52,818 nucleotides of DNA from Candidatus Aenigmatarchaeota archaeon (GCA_046539305.1 JBKHHE010000005.1:1-52818); one strand, 5' to 3'. Positions 1 through 8,749 are shown, counted from the stretch's first letter. Program-made: numbers and translations. Notes: a model not told the origin generated them from the sequence alone.

Positions 1-171
1 CGCTTCCGTTCTTTGGGTTGCGAGCCCTGTACTACGCCCGTGGAGTCGGACATAACCTCTGTGGACGGTATGATAGAGGAGATAAAACAAACGGAGGAGG
101 GCGAGAGGAGTGGAAGGAGCCAGGACAAAGAGAAAATCATGCAAAAACTCAGAGCGCTCGGGTATATGTGA
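1..171 (+). CDS. cysD: Sulfate adenylyltransferase subunit 2, 3' end (truncated by window start)
   Basis: Frame 1 reads RFRSLGCEPCTTPVES...ERSGRSQDKEKIMQKLRALGYM*, matching the CysD C-terminus (RFRTLGC...ERQGR..D...M..L...GYF). It lies directly upstream of cysN and is missing from the ORF track. Confidence 0.85.
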   Translation, partial: RFRSLGCEPCTTPVESDITSVDGMIEEIKQTEEGERSGRSQDKEKIMQKLRALGYM

Positions 172-175
172 TACC

Positions 176-1390
176 ATGCAGGAAAAGGAAAACCTCAAGA
201 TGGTGCTTGTGGGGCACATAGACCATGGGAAGTCCACGCTTATCGGACGGCTGTTCTACGACACGGAGTCGCTGTCCGCGGACAAGCTCATGGACGTGAA
301 GGACGAGGAGGGAGACATAAAGTTCGCGCACGTGATGGACCATCTGAAGGAGGAGAGGGATCAGGGGATCACTATAGATACGGCGCAGACCTACTTCTCG
401 ACGGACGACAGGAACTACACCATCATCGACGCGCCCGGACACAAGGAGTTCATCAAAAACATGATAACCGGGGCTTCACAGGCCGAGGCCGGAGTTCTGG
501 TTATAGACGCGGATGAAGGCGTCATGCCACAGACAAAGAGACACGCGTATATTTTGTCTCTTCTTGGTATAGATCAGGTGGTCGTGGCTATGAACAAGAT
601 GGACCTCGTGGGAAGGAGGGAGGAGAGATATGAAGAAGTGAAGGGAGATCTGGAAGGATTCCTGGACGGGATAGGTATAGATCCCAACTACGTTATCCCT
701 ATATCCGCGGAAGAGGGCGACAACGTGGCGGAAAAAGGAAAAATGGACTGGTACGACGGGCCCACGGTTCTTGAGGCGCTGGAGAGCTTTGACACGAAAC
801 CCGAGCCCACGGAGAAGCCGCTGCGCTTCCCCGTGCAGGACGTGTACGATGTTGATGGTGAGGAGGTGGTTGTGGGGAAGGTGGAGTCAGGAACTGTGAA
901 GGAAGGTGATACTGTAAAAGTACTGCCACGTGGTGTTGAGACGGAGGTGGAGGAAGTGAAGGAGTTCGGGAAGGAAACGAAAAGGGCGGAAGCAGGAGAA
1001 TCCAAGGGCCTTGTTCTGAGTATTGATGGAGCAGAGAGGGGTGATATGGTATCAGACGCCGTGAAAACTCCGAAAGTGACGGAGGAGGTAGAAGCGAACA
1101 TTTTCTGGATAAACCCGGACGAAATAGAAAAAAAGGAAGAAATAACCTTCAAATGCACTACGCAGGAATCTGAGGGGGTTATAAGCGAAATAAAGAAGAG
1201 GCTGGACTCCTCTACACTTGAAGCTGTGGAGGAGGACGCGGATAGGCTGGGGCAACACGAGGTCGGGGAGGTTGTAATTAGTTTGGAGGAGTCGGTGGTT
1301 GTGGATGAATTTAACAAAATAATGGAGACGGGCCGGTTCGTTATCGACAGGAACAGAAGGATAAACGGTGGGGGAATCGTGGTGATGTAA
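176..1390 (+). CDS. cysN: Sulfate adenylyltransferase subunit 1 (EF-Tu-like GTPase)
   Basis: Motifs GHIDHGKST, ERDQGITID, DAPGH, QTKRH and NKMD, plus C-terminal TGRFVID. It follows cysD; start placed at ATG 176. Confidence 0.85.
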   Translation: MQEKENLKMVLVGHIDHGKSTLIGRLFYDTESLSADKLMDVKDEEGDIKFAHVMDHLKEERDQGITIDTAQTYFSTDDRNYTIIDAPGHKEFIKNMITGASQAEAGVLVIDADEGVMPQTKRHAYILSLLGIDQVVVAMNKMDLVGRREERYEEVKGDLEGFLDGIGIDPNYVIPISAEEGDNVAEKGKMDWYDGPTVLEALESFDTKPEPTEKPLRFPVQDVYDVDGEEVVVGKVESGTVKEGDTVKVLPRGVETEVEEVKEFGKETKRAEAGESKGLVLSIDGAERGDMVSDAVKTPKVTEEVEANIFWINPDEIEKKEEITFKCTTQESEGVISEIKKRLDSSTLEAVEEDADRLGQHEVGEVVISLEESVVVDEFNKIMETGRFVIDRNRRINGGGIVVM

Positions 1391-1391
1391 C

Positions 1392-2171
1392 GTGACGTTT
1401 TTAGTTCTTGGTGTGGATGCGGCCACCTGGAAGATGATAAAACCGAACCTGGACGAGCTTCCCAACTGGAAGAGGCTCATGGAGAAGTGTGAACCCGGGA
1501 CCGTGGAGCTGGACCAGGACCCGCTCTCGCCCCTGATATGGACAGGTATGTTCTCCGGAACCTACTACGAGGATCACGGGCACAAGGAGTACATGGAAGA
1601 CGGAGATATTGTAAGCAGAGAAGACTTGGGTGTTGACTTCCTGTGGGACGAGCTGAACCAAACAAAGGACGTGAGGGCTCTGAACGTTCCGTTTGTGGTC
1701 CCGCCCTACAGCTACAACGTGGACTTCGAGCCCGTTGGTTATGGGCTTCCAACGGAGAAGGAAGAGTGGGAGGAGGAACTGAAGAGAGTTACGGAAAAGA
1801 CGAAGAAGCAGCTGGAAGAAAATCCTGATGTGCTTGTGTCCGTGTTCACTACATTGGACAGGGTGCAGCACTTCCACTGGGGTGAGGACATGGTCCTGGA
1901 CTGGTACAAGGAGGTGGACAAGAGGCTTGGAGAGATACTGTTTGATACGGGGTTTCTGGAGGACGAGGACAACAGGCTTATTCTTATCTCCGACCATGGC
2001 TTCTGTTCGTTCGGCGAGGCGGAGGTCCAGACGCTGCCGAAGGAAACGGAACATGGTGAGTTGAAGGGTGACCATCACGAGGAGGCTGTGGTCATCAAGA
2101 AGAACGTGGACAGGGAAATAAAAGAGCCGCAGGACGTTTACCGTGCGGTTATGGATGTATTTGGTTTTTAG
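1392..2171 (+). CDS. Alkaline phosphatase superfamily protein (nucleotide pyrophosphatase/phosphodiesterase or sulfatase-like)
   Basis: Motifs LVLGVDAA, SPLIWTGMFSG, LDRVQH, ISDHGF and GDH. It starts 1 nt after the cysN stop. Confidence 0.75.
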   Translation: MTFLVLGVDAATWKMIKPNLDELPNWKRLMEKCEPGTVELDQDPLSPLIWTGMFSGTYYEDHGHKEYMEDGDIVSREDLGVDFLWDELNQTKDVRALNVPFVVPPYSYNVDFEPVGYGLPTEKEEWEEELKRVTEKTKKQLEENPDVLVSVFTTLDRVQHFHWGEDMVLDWYKEVDKRLGEILFDTGFLEDEDNRLILISDHGFCSFGEAEVQTLPKETEHGELKGDHHEEAVVIKKNVDREIKEPQDVYRAVMDVFGF

Positions 2172-2180
2172 GCACTACAT
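2166..2180 (+). repeat. Dispersed motif TTTTAGGCACTACAT, copy 1
   Basis: Exact match; overlaps the TAG stop of the upstream gene. Confidence 0.9.
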
Positions 2181-2294
2181 AATTTATCTCTCTACCAAAA
2201 AGACTCTGGTACTTTCGATTTTATATAGAGTTTACTTATAAATCTTTCTGTTTTATAGAAAGATATTTAAATGATTATGGGCAATAATGGAAAC

Positions 2295-2846
2295 ATGAAA
2301 AAGACTGTGATGGTCTGTCTGGAGCTAATGAAGATAGAAGGGAAGACGACACAGTCCGAGATATCTCAAAAACTGTCTGTGTCTCTGAGCACAGTCAACA
2401 GGACCGTGAAGAAGTTGGAGGGGATGGGTGCCGTGGACGTGAGGCAGAGGAGTTTGGGGGTTCTCGACAAGGAAAAGATACTTATGTACCTGGCATCTCT
2501 GAGGAATCCCTCAAAAGACATGGTTTACGAAACGAGGGTCGAAGGTGGCGTCGAGGAGATTGAAAAAAATATGCCAGGTGGAACGGATTTCACTGCCTAT
2601 TCGGCCTACAAGTTCAGTTATGGAGACATGCCTGCGGACTACTCCGAGGTGTATGTCTACGCGGAGGAGGATGCTGTCGATGAGATAAAGGAGAGGTTTC
2701 CAAGAAAAGACGGTCCTGCAAACCTCTTTGTCTTAAGAAAGGAAGTGGATGTAACCCCTTCCTTGATATTCGCAGACCTCTGGAATCTGAGGGAATGGTA
2801 CTCGAAAGAGTTTGTTGGTGATTTACGTGACAGAATACTGGAATGA
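2295..2846 (+). CDS. Winged-HTH protein, putative type IV TA (AbiEi-like) antitoxin
   Basis: N-terminal HTH (TQSEISQKLSVSLSTVNRTVKKLE), then TAYSAY...ADYSEVYVY and IFADLWNL. Overlaps the downstream nucleotidyltransferase gene. Confidence 0.6.
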   Translation: MKKTVMVCLELMKIEGKTTQSEISQKLSVSLSTVNRTVKKLEGMGAVDVRQRSLGVLDKEKILMYLASLRNPSKDMVYETRVEGGVEEIEKNMPGGTDFTAYSAYKFSYGDMPADYSEVYVYAEEDAVDEIKERFPRKDGPANLFVLRKEVDVTPSLIFADLWNLREWYSKEFVGDLRDRILE

Positions 2847-3435
2847 AAACCTTACAAAGGCAAGTTGGAAGAAGCTGCAGGAGCTTTCACAGGAGTACGA
2901 CTTCATTTTAATAGGTGGTTGGGCGGCCTATCTCTGGACAGGAAAGAACAAGTCAAAGGATATAGGCATAATAGTGGACTTTGATACACTGGAGAGGTTT
3001 AAACAGGACTTCGACTTGAAAAAGAACGACAAACTTAAGAAGTACGAAGTAAGGATGGAAGGGTTTGATATAGATATATACGTTCCCTACTACTCCGACC
3101 TTATCCTAGATCTTGATGATGTGAAGACCACGAGGATTGAGGGGATAAAGACGCTCGCCCTGGAGGAGCTTCTTATCCTCAAGCAGGACGCCGAGATAGA
3201 CAGGAGGGGTAGCGTTAAGGGTAAGAAGGACAGGATAGACATCCTCACTATCCTGATTTACGGGGACGTGGACATGAAGAGATACAGGAAACTTATAGAG
3301 GATAATGGAATAGAAGAATTTAAAAGGGAATTGGAGACTGTGGTCAGGGAGTTCAAAGACAAAGACACAAAGTACCTAGATATGAACTTCAAGGAGTTCA
3401 AAGACTGGAAAAGGGACTTCCTTGAAGATCTTTGA
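2827..3435 (+). CDS. Nucleotidyltransferase-fold protein, putative type IV TA (AbiEii-like) toxin; second Asp of the DxD motif replaced by Gly
   Basis: Motifs FILIGGWA, SKDIG (expected SKDID), DIDIY and LKQ...R...KGKKD. GTG start at 2827 follows a GGTGA Shine-Dalgarno. Confidence 0.65.
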   Translation: MTEYWNENLTKASWKKLQELSQEYDFILIGGWAAYLWTGKNKSKDIGIIVDFDTLERFKQDFDLKKNDKLKKYEVRMEGFDIDIYVPYYSDLILDLDDVKTTRIEGIKTLALEELLILKQDAEIDRRGSVKGKKDRIDILTILIYGDVDMKRYRKLIEDNGIEEFKRELETVVREFKDKDTKYLDMNFKEFKDWKRDFLEDL

Positions 3436-3450
3436 TTTTAGGCACTACAT
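3436..3450 (+). repeat. Dispersed motif TTTTAGGCACTACAT, copy 2
   Basis: Exact match immediately after the TGA stop at 3435. Confidence 0.9.
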
Positions 3451-3451
3451 C

Positions 3452-3880
3452 TCATAGCCAAGACTCCTCCGGCTTGATGAAGACCTTCACGTCCAGGAGG
3501 TCGCCGTTCCTGAGGCCGAGTGCTCTGCGGAGGTGGACGTTAGAAACGAGCTCCATTATCCTGTGCGTTTTCCTCTCCTCGGGAATAACTACCGCACAGT
3601 CCGTTTTTCCCAGTTTCGCAGGATAGGCCTCCGCGGCGCCGTGGTGCTCTCCGTCCTTCTCAAAGCCCTCAATACGAATGCCTTCGTGCCAGCTGATGTC
3701 CCTGTGCTTCTTCGTGTTCTCGTCGTCCAGTTTTAAGTTCAGGGTCCCGTGGTGGGGATCTATCTTTAGCTTTTCGCGGAACTGGTCACGGTAGCCATTT
3801 TTTCTGAGGTAGGAAGCAGCTTCGCGTCTCCCCGAAACCACTTCTCCACGCACATAGATGTAGGGAAGGCTGTAAGGCAT
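3452..3880 (-). CDS. ribK: CTP-dependent riboflavin kinase (divergent)
   Basis: GEVVSG..EA..Y, Y..QF.EKL..DP..GTLNL, C-terminal ELVS..HLR..LGL..GD. Confidence 0.75.
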   Translation of the reverse strand: MPYSLPYIYVRGEVVSGRREAASYLRKNGYRDQFREKLKIDPHHGTLNLKLDDENTKKHRDISWHEGIRIEGFEKDGEHHGAAEAYPAKLGKTDCAVVIPEERKTHRIMELVSNVHLRRALGLRNGDLLDVKVFIKPEESWL

Positions 3881-3961
3881 TCTACCCGTTTTAGTTTTAT
3901 ACTCCAGGGTTTAATTTGTTACCTCGGAAATGTTTTATTTATCCGGTGAAAAGGAATAACC

Positions 3962-4771
3962 ATGGATTTGAAGGAGAGAGTGTTGTTGTTCCTCAAGGGC
4001 CTGTTGATGGGTGTTGCGCAGATCATTCCTGGAGTTTCAGCAGGGACGATGGCCCTTGTAACCGATATATACGAGAGGTTTATCCGGACTGTTGACTCGA
4101 TCAACCCCCTCACCGACGAGAAAACTGACCTCGAGTTTCTGGTGGTGGTTGGTCTGGGGATGGGTGTATCTTTTCTCCTCCTATCAAGGATAATACTTCG
4201 GATCATCGAAAGCTACGAAAGCACTGTTTTCGCCTTCTTTTTTGGACTGATAGCTTCCGCGGCCTTTACCACCTACAGAAAGACGGAAAGGGTTGATAGG
4301 AGGACCGTTGGTCTGGGAGCAGTGGGGTTCGTAATATCATTCCTGGTCTCTGGCCTGGAACCCCTTGGTTCGTACCACGCGCTTCCCCTGCTCTTTGTCT
4401 CGGGCTTCCTTGCCATCTGCGCGATGCTTCTGCCAGGCGTCTCCGGTTCGTTTGTTATGCTACTTCTTGGCCAGTACAAGTACATGTTAAACGCGCTCAA
4501 GGAATTCTGGAATTTCTGGATGGAAATAGGAGCGGTTGTTGGGGGAATGGTTCTTGCGTTTTTGACGTTCCCAAAGGCGGTGGACAGGCTTTTTGAATGG
4601 GATAGATGTGCGACCCTCTCATTCCTCGTGGGATTGATGGTCGGCGCCCTGAGAATTCCGTTCCAGAGAATAACGCCAGCGGGAACGGTCCTTGGAAACT
4701 TGCCTGTGCTGGTGGGTGGTGGAGTAGGATTTCTGGCAGTGCTCCACCTCGAGCTGTCAATGAAATCCTGA
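3962..4771 (+). CDS. DUF368 membrane protein (polyprenyl-phosphate translocase family)
   Basis: Repeated PGVSAGT / LPGVSGS motifs and multiple TM segments. Confidence 0.85.
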   Translation: MDLKERVLLFLKGLLMGVAQIIPGVSAGTMALVTDIYERFIRTVDSINPLTDEKTDLEFLVVVGLGMGVSFLLLSRIILRIIESYESTVFAFFFGLIASAAFTTYRKTERVDRRTVGLGAVGFVISFLVSGLEPLGSYHALPLLFVSGFLAICAMLLPGVSGSFVMLLLGQYKYMLNALKEFWNFWMEIGAVVGGMVLAFLTFPKAVDRLFEWDRCATLSFLVGLMVGALRIPFQRITPAGTVLGNLPVLVGGGVGFLAVLHLELSMKS

Positions 4772-4811
4772 AAAAGCTATGGAGTGGAACCCGTGACAAA
4801 CCACGGCTCCA

Positions 4812-5411
4812 TTATATTTCAACTCCCAGATCTCTGAGCCGGTCCACGAGGTGCCTGAAGCCCTTGTAATGTATCCCGTGGATCCCCAGGCTCCTGGCCC
4901 TCTTAATGTATTCGAGAATGTCGTCTATAAAGACAATGTCCAGCCTTTTAGCGCCTGACTTCTCTATCGCGTCCTTGTACCCCGCCCTTTCCCTTTTCAG
5001 GGTTCCGACCTCGAAGGAAAGAGTCTCCGCGTCTATGTAAGGATAGACCTCACATTCCTTGACAACTTTTCTGTAGTGGATGGGATTGATGTCGGAGAAA
5101 AGCTGTATCCTGTAGTCCTCACTGAGTTCCTCTATGAGGCCTATAACCCTGTTGTTGGGCTCAAACATACTACAGTAGATCTCATCGAATTCGTCCTTGG
5201 TGAGGTCAGCCTGGAACTTCTCCTTGACTCTGTGGAAGAACTCGTCCTCCGAAATTTCTCCTGTAGAGACCCTGTCCTCCAGACCCTCATAGTAGAAAAG
5301 CGCCCTGGCCTTGCTCTCCCTTATATTAGACACTTCAAGAAGCTTCTTGAAGAAAATCTCCTTATCGTAGGAGTAGATCACGTTGCCGAAGTCGAAGACA
5401 AGGGCTTGCAT
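4812..5411 (-). CDS. HAD-superfamily phosphatase
   Basis: Motif I FDFGNVI, SD, K and FIDD motifs. Confidence 0.85.
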   Translation of the reverse strand: MQALVFDFGNVIYSYDKEIFFKKLLEVSNIRESKARALFYYEGLEDRVSTGEISEDEFFHRVKEKFQADLTKDEFDEIYCSMFEPNNRVIGLIEELSEDYRIQLFSDINPIHYRKVVKECEVYPYIDAETLSFEVGTLKRERAGYKDAIEKSGAKRLDIVFIDDILEYIKRARSLGIHGIHYKGFRHLVDRLRDLGVEI

Positions 5412-5449
5412 AACTCTTCATTGTTGGATAGAATTTAAAAAGGTGGTGA

Positions 5450-5797
5450 CTACTCCTTGAGCTTCATCACGGCCATCGCGAGGTCTTCCTCTTCCTCCAG
5501 GGCTTCCCTGGCCTCTTCCTTGGATGCGCCCGTTTGCTGCACAACGGTCTCCACGTCCTCCTCGCTGAACTCTACTTCAGTTTTCTCCCTTTCTTCCCCA
5601 GAAGTCTCCACGAACTCGCCTTCCACCTGGAGCATTTCCTTGCCTTTGAGGTTTACCTTCATCACCGAAGGCTCCTTCACGAGAAGCTTCCCGTCTTTGG
5701 TCTTTATCTCTACTTCCAAAGCATCGATCTCCTCGGTATCCATGCCCATCTGCTTCATCATCTTCTGAATTTTTGAGGGATCAAGGTTCGGCATCAT
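5450..5797 (-). CDS. nac: Nascent polypeptide-associated complex protein
   Basis: P.KIQKMMKQMGM N-terminus and UBA-like C-terminus (EEDVETVVQQTGAS.EEA..AL...DLAMAVM). Start at the ATG pair at 5797/5794. Confidence 0.9.
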   Translation of the reverse strand: MMPNLDPSKIQKMMKQMGMDTEEIDALEVEIKTKDGKLLVKEPSVMKVNLKGKEMLQVEGEFVETSGEEREKTEVEFSEEDVETVVQQTGASKEEAREALEEEEDLAMAVMKLKE

Positions 5798-5834
5798 GGC
5801 AAGGAAAGATTTTGTGAGGAGGTATAAAAAGGTC

Positions 5835-5849
5835 ATGTAGTGCCTAAAA
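5835..5849 (-). repeat. Dispersed motif copy 3 (ATGTAGTGCCTAAAA on + strand)
   Basis: Exact reverse complement, in the divergent promoter region between nac and the ORF at 5890. Confidence 0.9.
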
Positions 5850-5889
5850 CGGGCCAAGATATAAATTTCTTACTGGAGCTGCTTATCCC

Positions 5890-6081
5890 ATGAGCGGTGA
5901 AGAAGGGGTGAGGATCGAGGAGATAAAGGAACAGGGTGAGGAGATGAACCTCGACACCAAGGAGGAATATGGACCCAACGACCCAAGAAGCTGCTGGGGG
6001 GTTGAACACCTTTACCATCTCGGACTGTTGAAGATTGGCACGGACCCAAACGGAAAGAACTACATTGAAATTAAGGAGTAG
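5890..6081 (+). CDS. Small acidic hypothetical protein (63 aa)
   Basis: ATG start, acidic composition typical of this genome, fills the intergenic gap. Confidence 0.55.
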   Translation: MSGEEGVRIEEIKEQGEEMNLDTKEEYGPNDPRSCWGVEHLYHLGLLKIGTDPNGKNYIEIKE

Positions 6082-6136
6082 TTCTTCTGGTCCTGATAAA
6101 TATTTAAACGAGGACAGACAATAGTTTAACAGTGGG

Positions 6137-6913
6137 GTGAGTCAGATTCCCAGCCTCGGGGATTTAGAGGACTATCAATCCCCCGCCGACGCGTACTTCT
6201 CTGAAAACGAGCCCGAGAGGATGCTTCTCCTGGCCGACACACATTACAAAGAGGATAAATTCTTCGAAGATAAACCCCTCAAGAGCGACCTAAACAAACT
6301 GGAGGAAATCGGTGATATCTTCGAAATAGATGAAATAGTGTGGGCGGGAGACTGTACATATAGCCCCGGTGACATAATCGACTTTAAAAACTCAGACTTT
6401 TCAAAGAAGAGGGTGGTTATGGGAAACCATGATAGGGAGGATGATGCCTGGTCCTTTGAAGAAGTGTTTGGTGAAACTTTGCCCGAACTGGATGACATAG
6501 ACTACGAAAAATACGAAACTGTGTGGTCGATTGGAAAGGACAGGAAATACGATGTGTGTATGAGACATGAATCCCAGGGGATGGGACTAAGTCCCACGGG
6601 GAGGGGTTCCCCCTACCAAAAATACAATGAATTTGATATACTAATCCACGGCCATCGACACATTCCCTACTACAGAGTTCTCGACAACAGGAAGATGGGG
6701 GTGGGCCTTGGGAGTCTCTTCTCAAACTACACCGAGGACCGAACCATTCCAAGGAGAAGCATCCAGATCATGGAGGTGGATGGTGTAATCGACGTAAAAC
6801 ATATAGACTTTGATGAGATGAGCGTCGTAGAGGAAATCGTGTTTGGTGAGGAGAATGGGGTATTTGGTATGTTGGAAAAATGGGGAAGGGGAGCGCAGGA
6901 GATATTCAGCTAG
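6137..6913 (+). CDS. Calcineurin-like metallophosphoesterase
   Basis: Motifs ADTH, AGD, GNHD, H and HGHRH. Confidence 0.8.
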   Translation: MSQIPSLGDLEDYQSPADAYFSENEPERMLLLADTHYKEDKFFEDKPLKSDLNKLEEIGDIFEIDEIVWAGDCTYSPGDIIDFKNSDFSKKRVVMGNHDREDDAWSFEEVFGETLPELDDIDYEKYETVWSIGKDRKYDVCMRHESQGMGLSPTGRGSPYQKYNEFDILIHGHRHIPYYRVLDNRKMGVGLGSLFSNYTEDRTIPRRSIQIMEVDGVIDVKHIDFDEMSVVEEIVFGEENGVFGMLEKWGRGAQEIFS

Positions 6914-6919
6914 AGGTCT

Positions 6920-7084
6920 CTAGCTCTCGTTATTTAGAAGTCTGTTAATCTCGGTTTGGGAAACCTTGTCCCTGGGACCAAGATATTTCAAAACCTTCTG
7001 CCTGACGTTATCACCTTCCCGTATACTCTCCACAAGGTAGAGATAGGTGTTGCCTGCGATTTGCTTCTCTCTGACAAAGGCCAT
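6920..7084 (-). CDS. 54-aa basic protein resembling the N-terminal beta-sheet domain of IS1634-family transposases (standalone)
   Basis: Manually translated: [54 protein letters not shown]. The pattern M.F.R.K...G..Y.YLVES.R.G..VRQ..L.YLG is typical of that domain. Below the ORF-track cutoff. Confidence 0.75.
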   Translation of the reverse strand: MAFVREKQIAGNTYLYLVESIREGDNVRQKVLKYLGPRDKVSQTEINRLLNNES

Positions 7085-7090
7085 GTTCTC

Positions 7091-7140
7091 TTTTAGGCAC
7101 TACAGATTTTTAAGTATTCAATAAAGTTTAGGCACTACAT
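7091..7140 (+). repeat. Dispersed motif copies 4 and 5 (7091-7104, 7127-7140)
   Basis: TTTTAGGCACTACA and TTTAGGCACTACAT in tandem, between the start of the 54-aa gene and the first ORB. Confidence 0.9.
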
Positions 7141-7157
7141 AATTTCCGAAGTCCCCA

Positions 7158-7448
7158 ACACCCCCATTTCAAGTAGAAACTAAATTCGGGGGTGGGACCA
7201 TCACCAGTTTCTATATAACATTGTTATCTTCTTTTATACATACATACAAACACCCCTTTCCACATGAAACAATGGTGTCTGAGGGTTGAAACATCTTCAT
7301 AATATTCATTTTCGGCTCCACGTGAAACAATGGGGTGTAATTTCTCCCACGTTAAGGAAAGTTACGATCCTTTAAAAACCAGAGCACCTCCACCTGAAAC
7401 AGGGGGGTGTTTTGTTTTCATGTTAAACACCCCTTCATTTCACGTGCA
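7158..7448. promoter_or_regulatory. oriC: Replication origin (oriC) with five ORB boxes and an AT-rich DUE candidate
   Basis: ORB-like boxes at 7158-7178(-) TTCTACTTGAAATGGGGGTGT, 7258-7278 TTCCACATGAAACAATGGTGT, 7316-7338 CTCCACGTGAAACAATGGGGTGT, 7388-7410 CTCCACCTGAAACAGGGGGGTGT and 7427-7448(-) TGCACGTGAAATGAAGGGGTGT. AT-rich stretch at about 7208-7250; directly upstream of cdc6. Confidence 0.85.
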
Positions 7449-7535
7449 AATAGATTTTTATAGAAACCATATCTATTTTTACCACAGACAATCGCTCCGT
7501 CCTCAACGGATGTGGGGTGTATTGGGGGTATTTCC

Positions 7536-8747
7536 ATGAAACAGCAATCACTTGAGGCTATGTTCGACGAGTATATAGAAAGCGAGGGCGTGTTCAAAGA
7601 AAAGCAAACCCTTTCTACAAACTACAAACCCCTGAAACTTCCCCACAGGGAAGAAGAGATCCAGTCCGTGGCGTCTTTGCTCGCTCCCTCCCTTAAAGGG
7701 AACAAACCTTCAAACCTCTTTATTTATGGCAAGACGGGAACAGGAAAGAGCGCGGTTATAAAGTACGTCACTAAAAAGCTCAGGGAAAAGGGAGAGGAGA
7801 ACGGAACCGAAGTCAAAATAATATACCTCAACTGCAAGCTCAGAAAGGTTGCGGACACCGAGTACAGGCTTATGGCTGAGCTGGCGAGGAGGTTTGGTGA
7901 GGACGTGCCTTCGACGGGGTTACCCACTGACGAGGTTTACGAGAGATTTTTCGACGCCCTCGATACCAAGGAAAGGATAGTTATACTCATACTTGATGAA
8001 ATAGACTCCCTTGTTGAAAAAACAGGCGACGAGTTTCTGTACAACCTCACGAGGGTGAACGAGGAATTGAAAAATTCACGTTTGGGTTTGGTAGGCATTT
8101 CCAACGACCTTTCCTTTACGGACGATCTGGACCCCAGAGTGAAGTCCAGCCTTTCCGAAGAGGAAATACTTTTCAGTCCCTACAACGCCTCTCAACTCAA
8201 GGACATACTTGAGACAAGGGCAGGGAAAGCTTTCCATGAGGACTCCGTTGACCAGGGCGTAGTTCAGAAGTGCGCGGCTCTGGCTGCACAGGAACATGGG
8301 GATGCCAGAAGGGCCATAGACCTCATGAGGGTTGCGGGCGAGCTTGCCGAGCGCGGGGGGCAGAGCAAGGTAAAACGCGAACACGTGGACAGGGCGGAAA
8401 ACGAGATAGACAGAAACAAGGTTCTGGAGGTAGTTGAAAGCCAGCCGAGACAGTCCCAGGCAGTGCTCTGGTCCATAATAAAACTTTACGAGAAGAGGGA
8501 GGAAATGGTTCAGACGGGGGACGTCCATTCTCTCTACGAGAAGGTCTGTGAATCCTCGGGGTTGGATCCCCTGACCCAGAGGCGCGTTTCGGATCTGATT
8601 TCCGAGCTGGATATGCTGGGAATAATAAAGGCCGAAGTTACATCTCAGGGCAGATACGGCAGAACGCGCCTCATAAGACCCGCGATGTCTCAGAACGTGA
8701 AAAACCAGGTCAAAGATTTACTCAAAAGCAAATACTTTTTCGGTTGA
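7536..8747 (+). CDS. cdc6: Orc1/Cdc6 replication initiator
   Basis: LPHREEEI, Walker A GKTGTGKS, Walker B ILDEID, LDPRVKSSL, GDARRAIDL, and wHTH with GRYGRTR. Confidence 0.97.
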   Translation: MKQQSLEAMFDEYIESEGVFKEKQTLSTNYKPLKLPHREEEIQSVASLLAPSLKGNKPSNLFIYGKTGTGKSAVIKYVTKKLREKGEENGTEVKIIYLNCKLRKVADTEYRLMAELARRFGEDVPSTGLPTDEVYERFFDALDTKERIVILILDEIDSLVEKTGDEFLYNLTRVNEELKNSRLGLVGISNDLSFTDDLDPRVKSSLSEEEILFSPYNASQLKDILETRAGKAFHEDSVDQGVVQKCAALAAQEHGDARRAIDLMRVAGELAERGGQSKVKREHVDRAENEIDRNKVLEVVESQPRQSQAVLWSIIKLYEKREEMVQTGDVHSLYEKVCESSGLDPLTQRRVSDLISELDMLGIIKAEVTSQGRYGRTRLIRPAMSQNVKNQVKDLLKSKYFFG

Positions 8748-8749
8748 TT

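Noticed and set aside
110-1390. EF-1alpha call and the start at 110
   Set aside because: The upstream cysD remnant and CysN-type motifs (QGITID, QTKRH, TGRF) favour CysN; 110-175 overlaps cysD.
6920-7084. Intact IS1634 element
   Set aside because: No DDE catalytic domain and no convincing target-site duplication.
2166-7140. CRISPR array from the repeated 15-mer
   Set aside because: Copies are too short, irregularly spaced by kilobases and in both orientations; no cas genes in the window.
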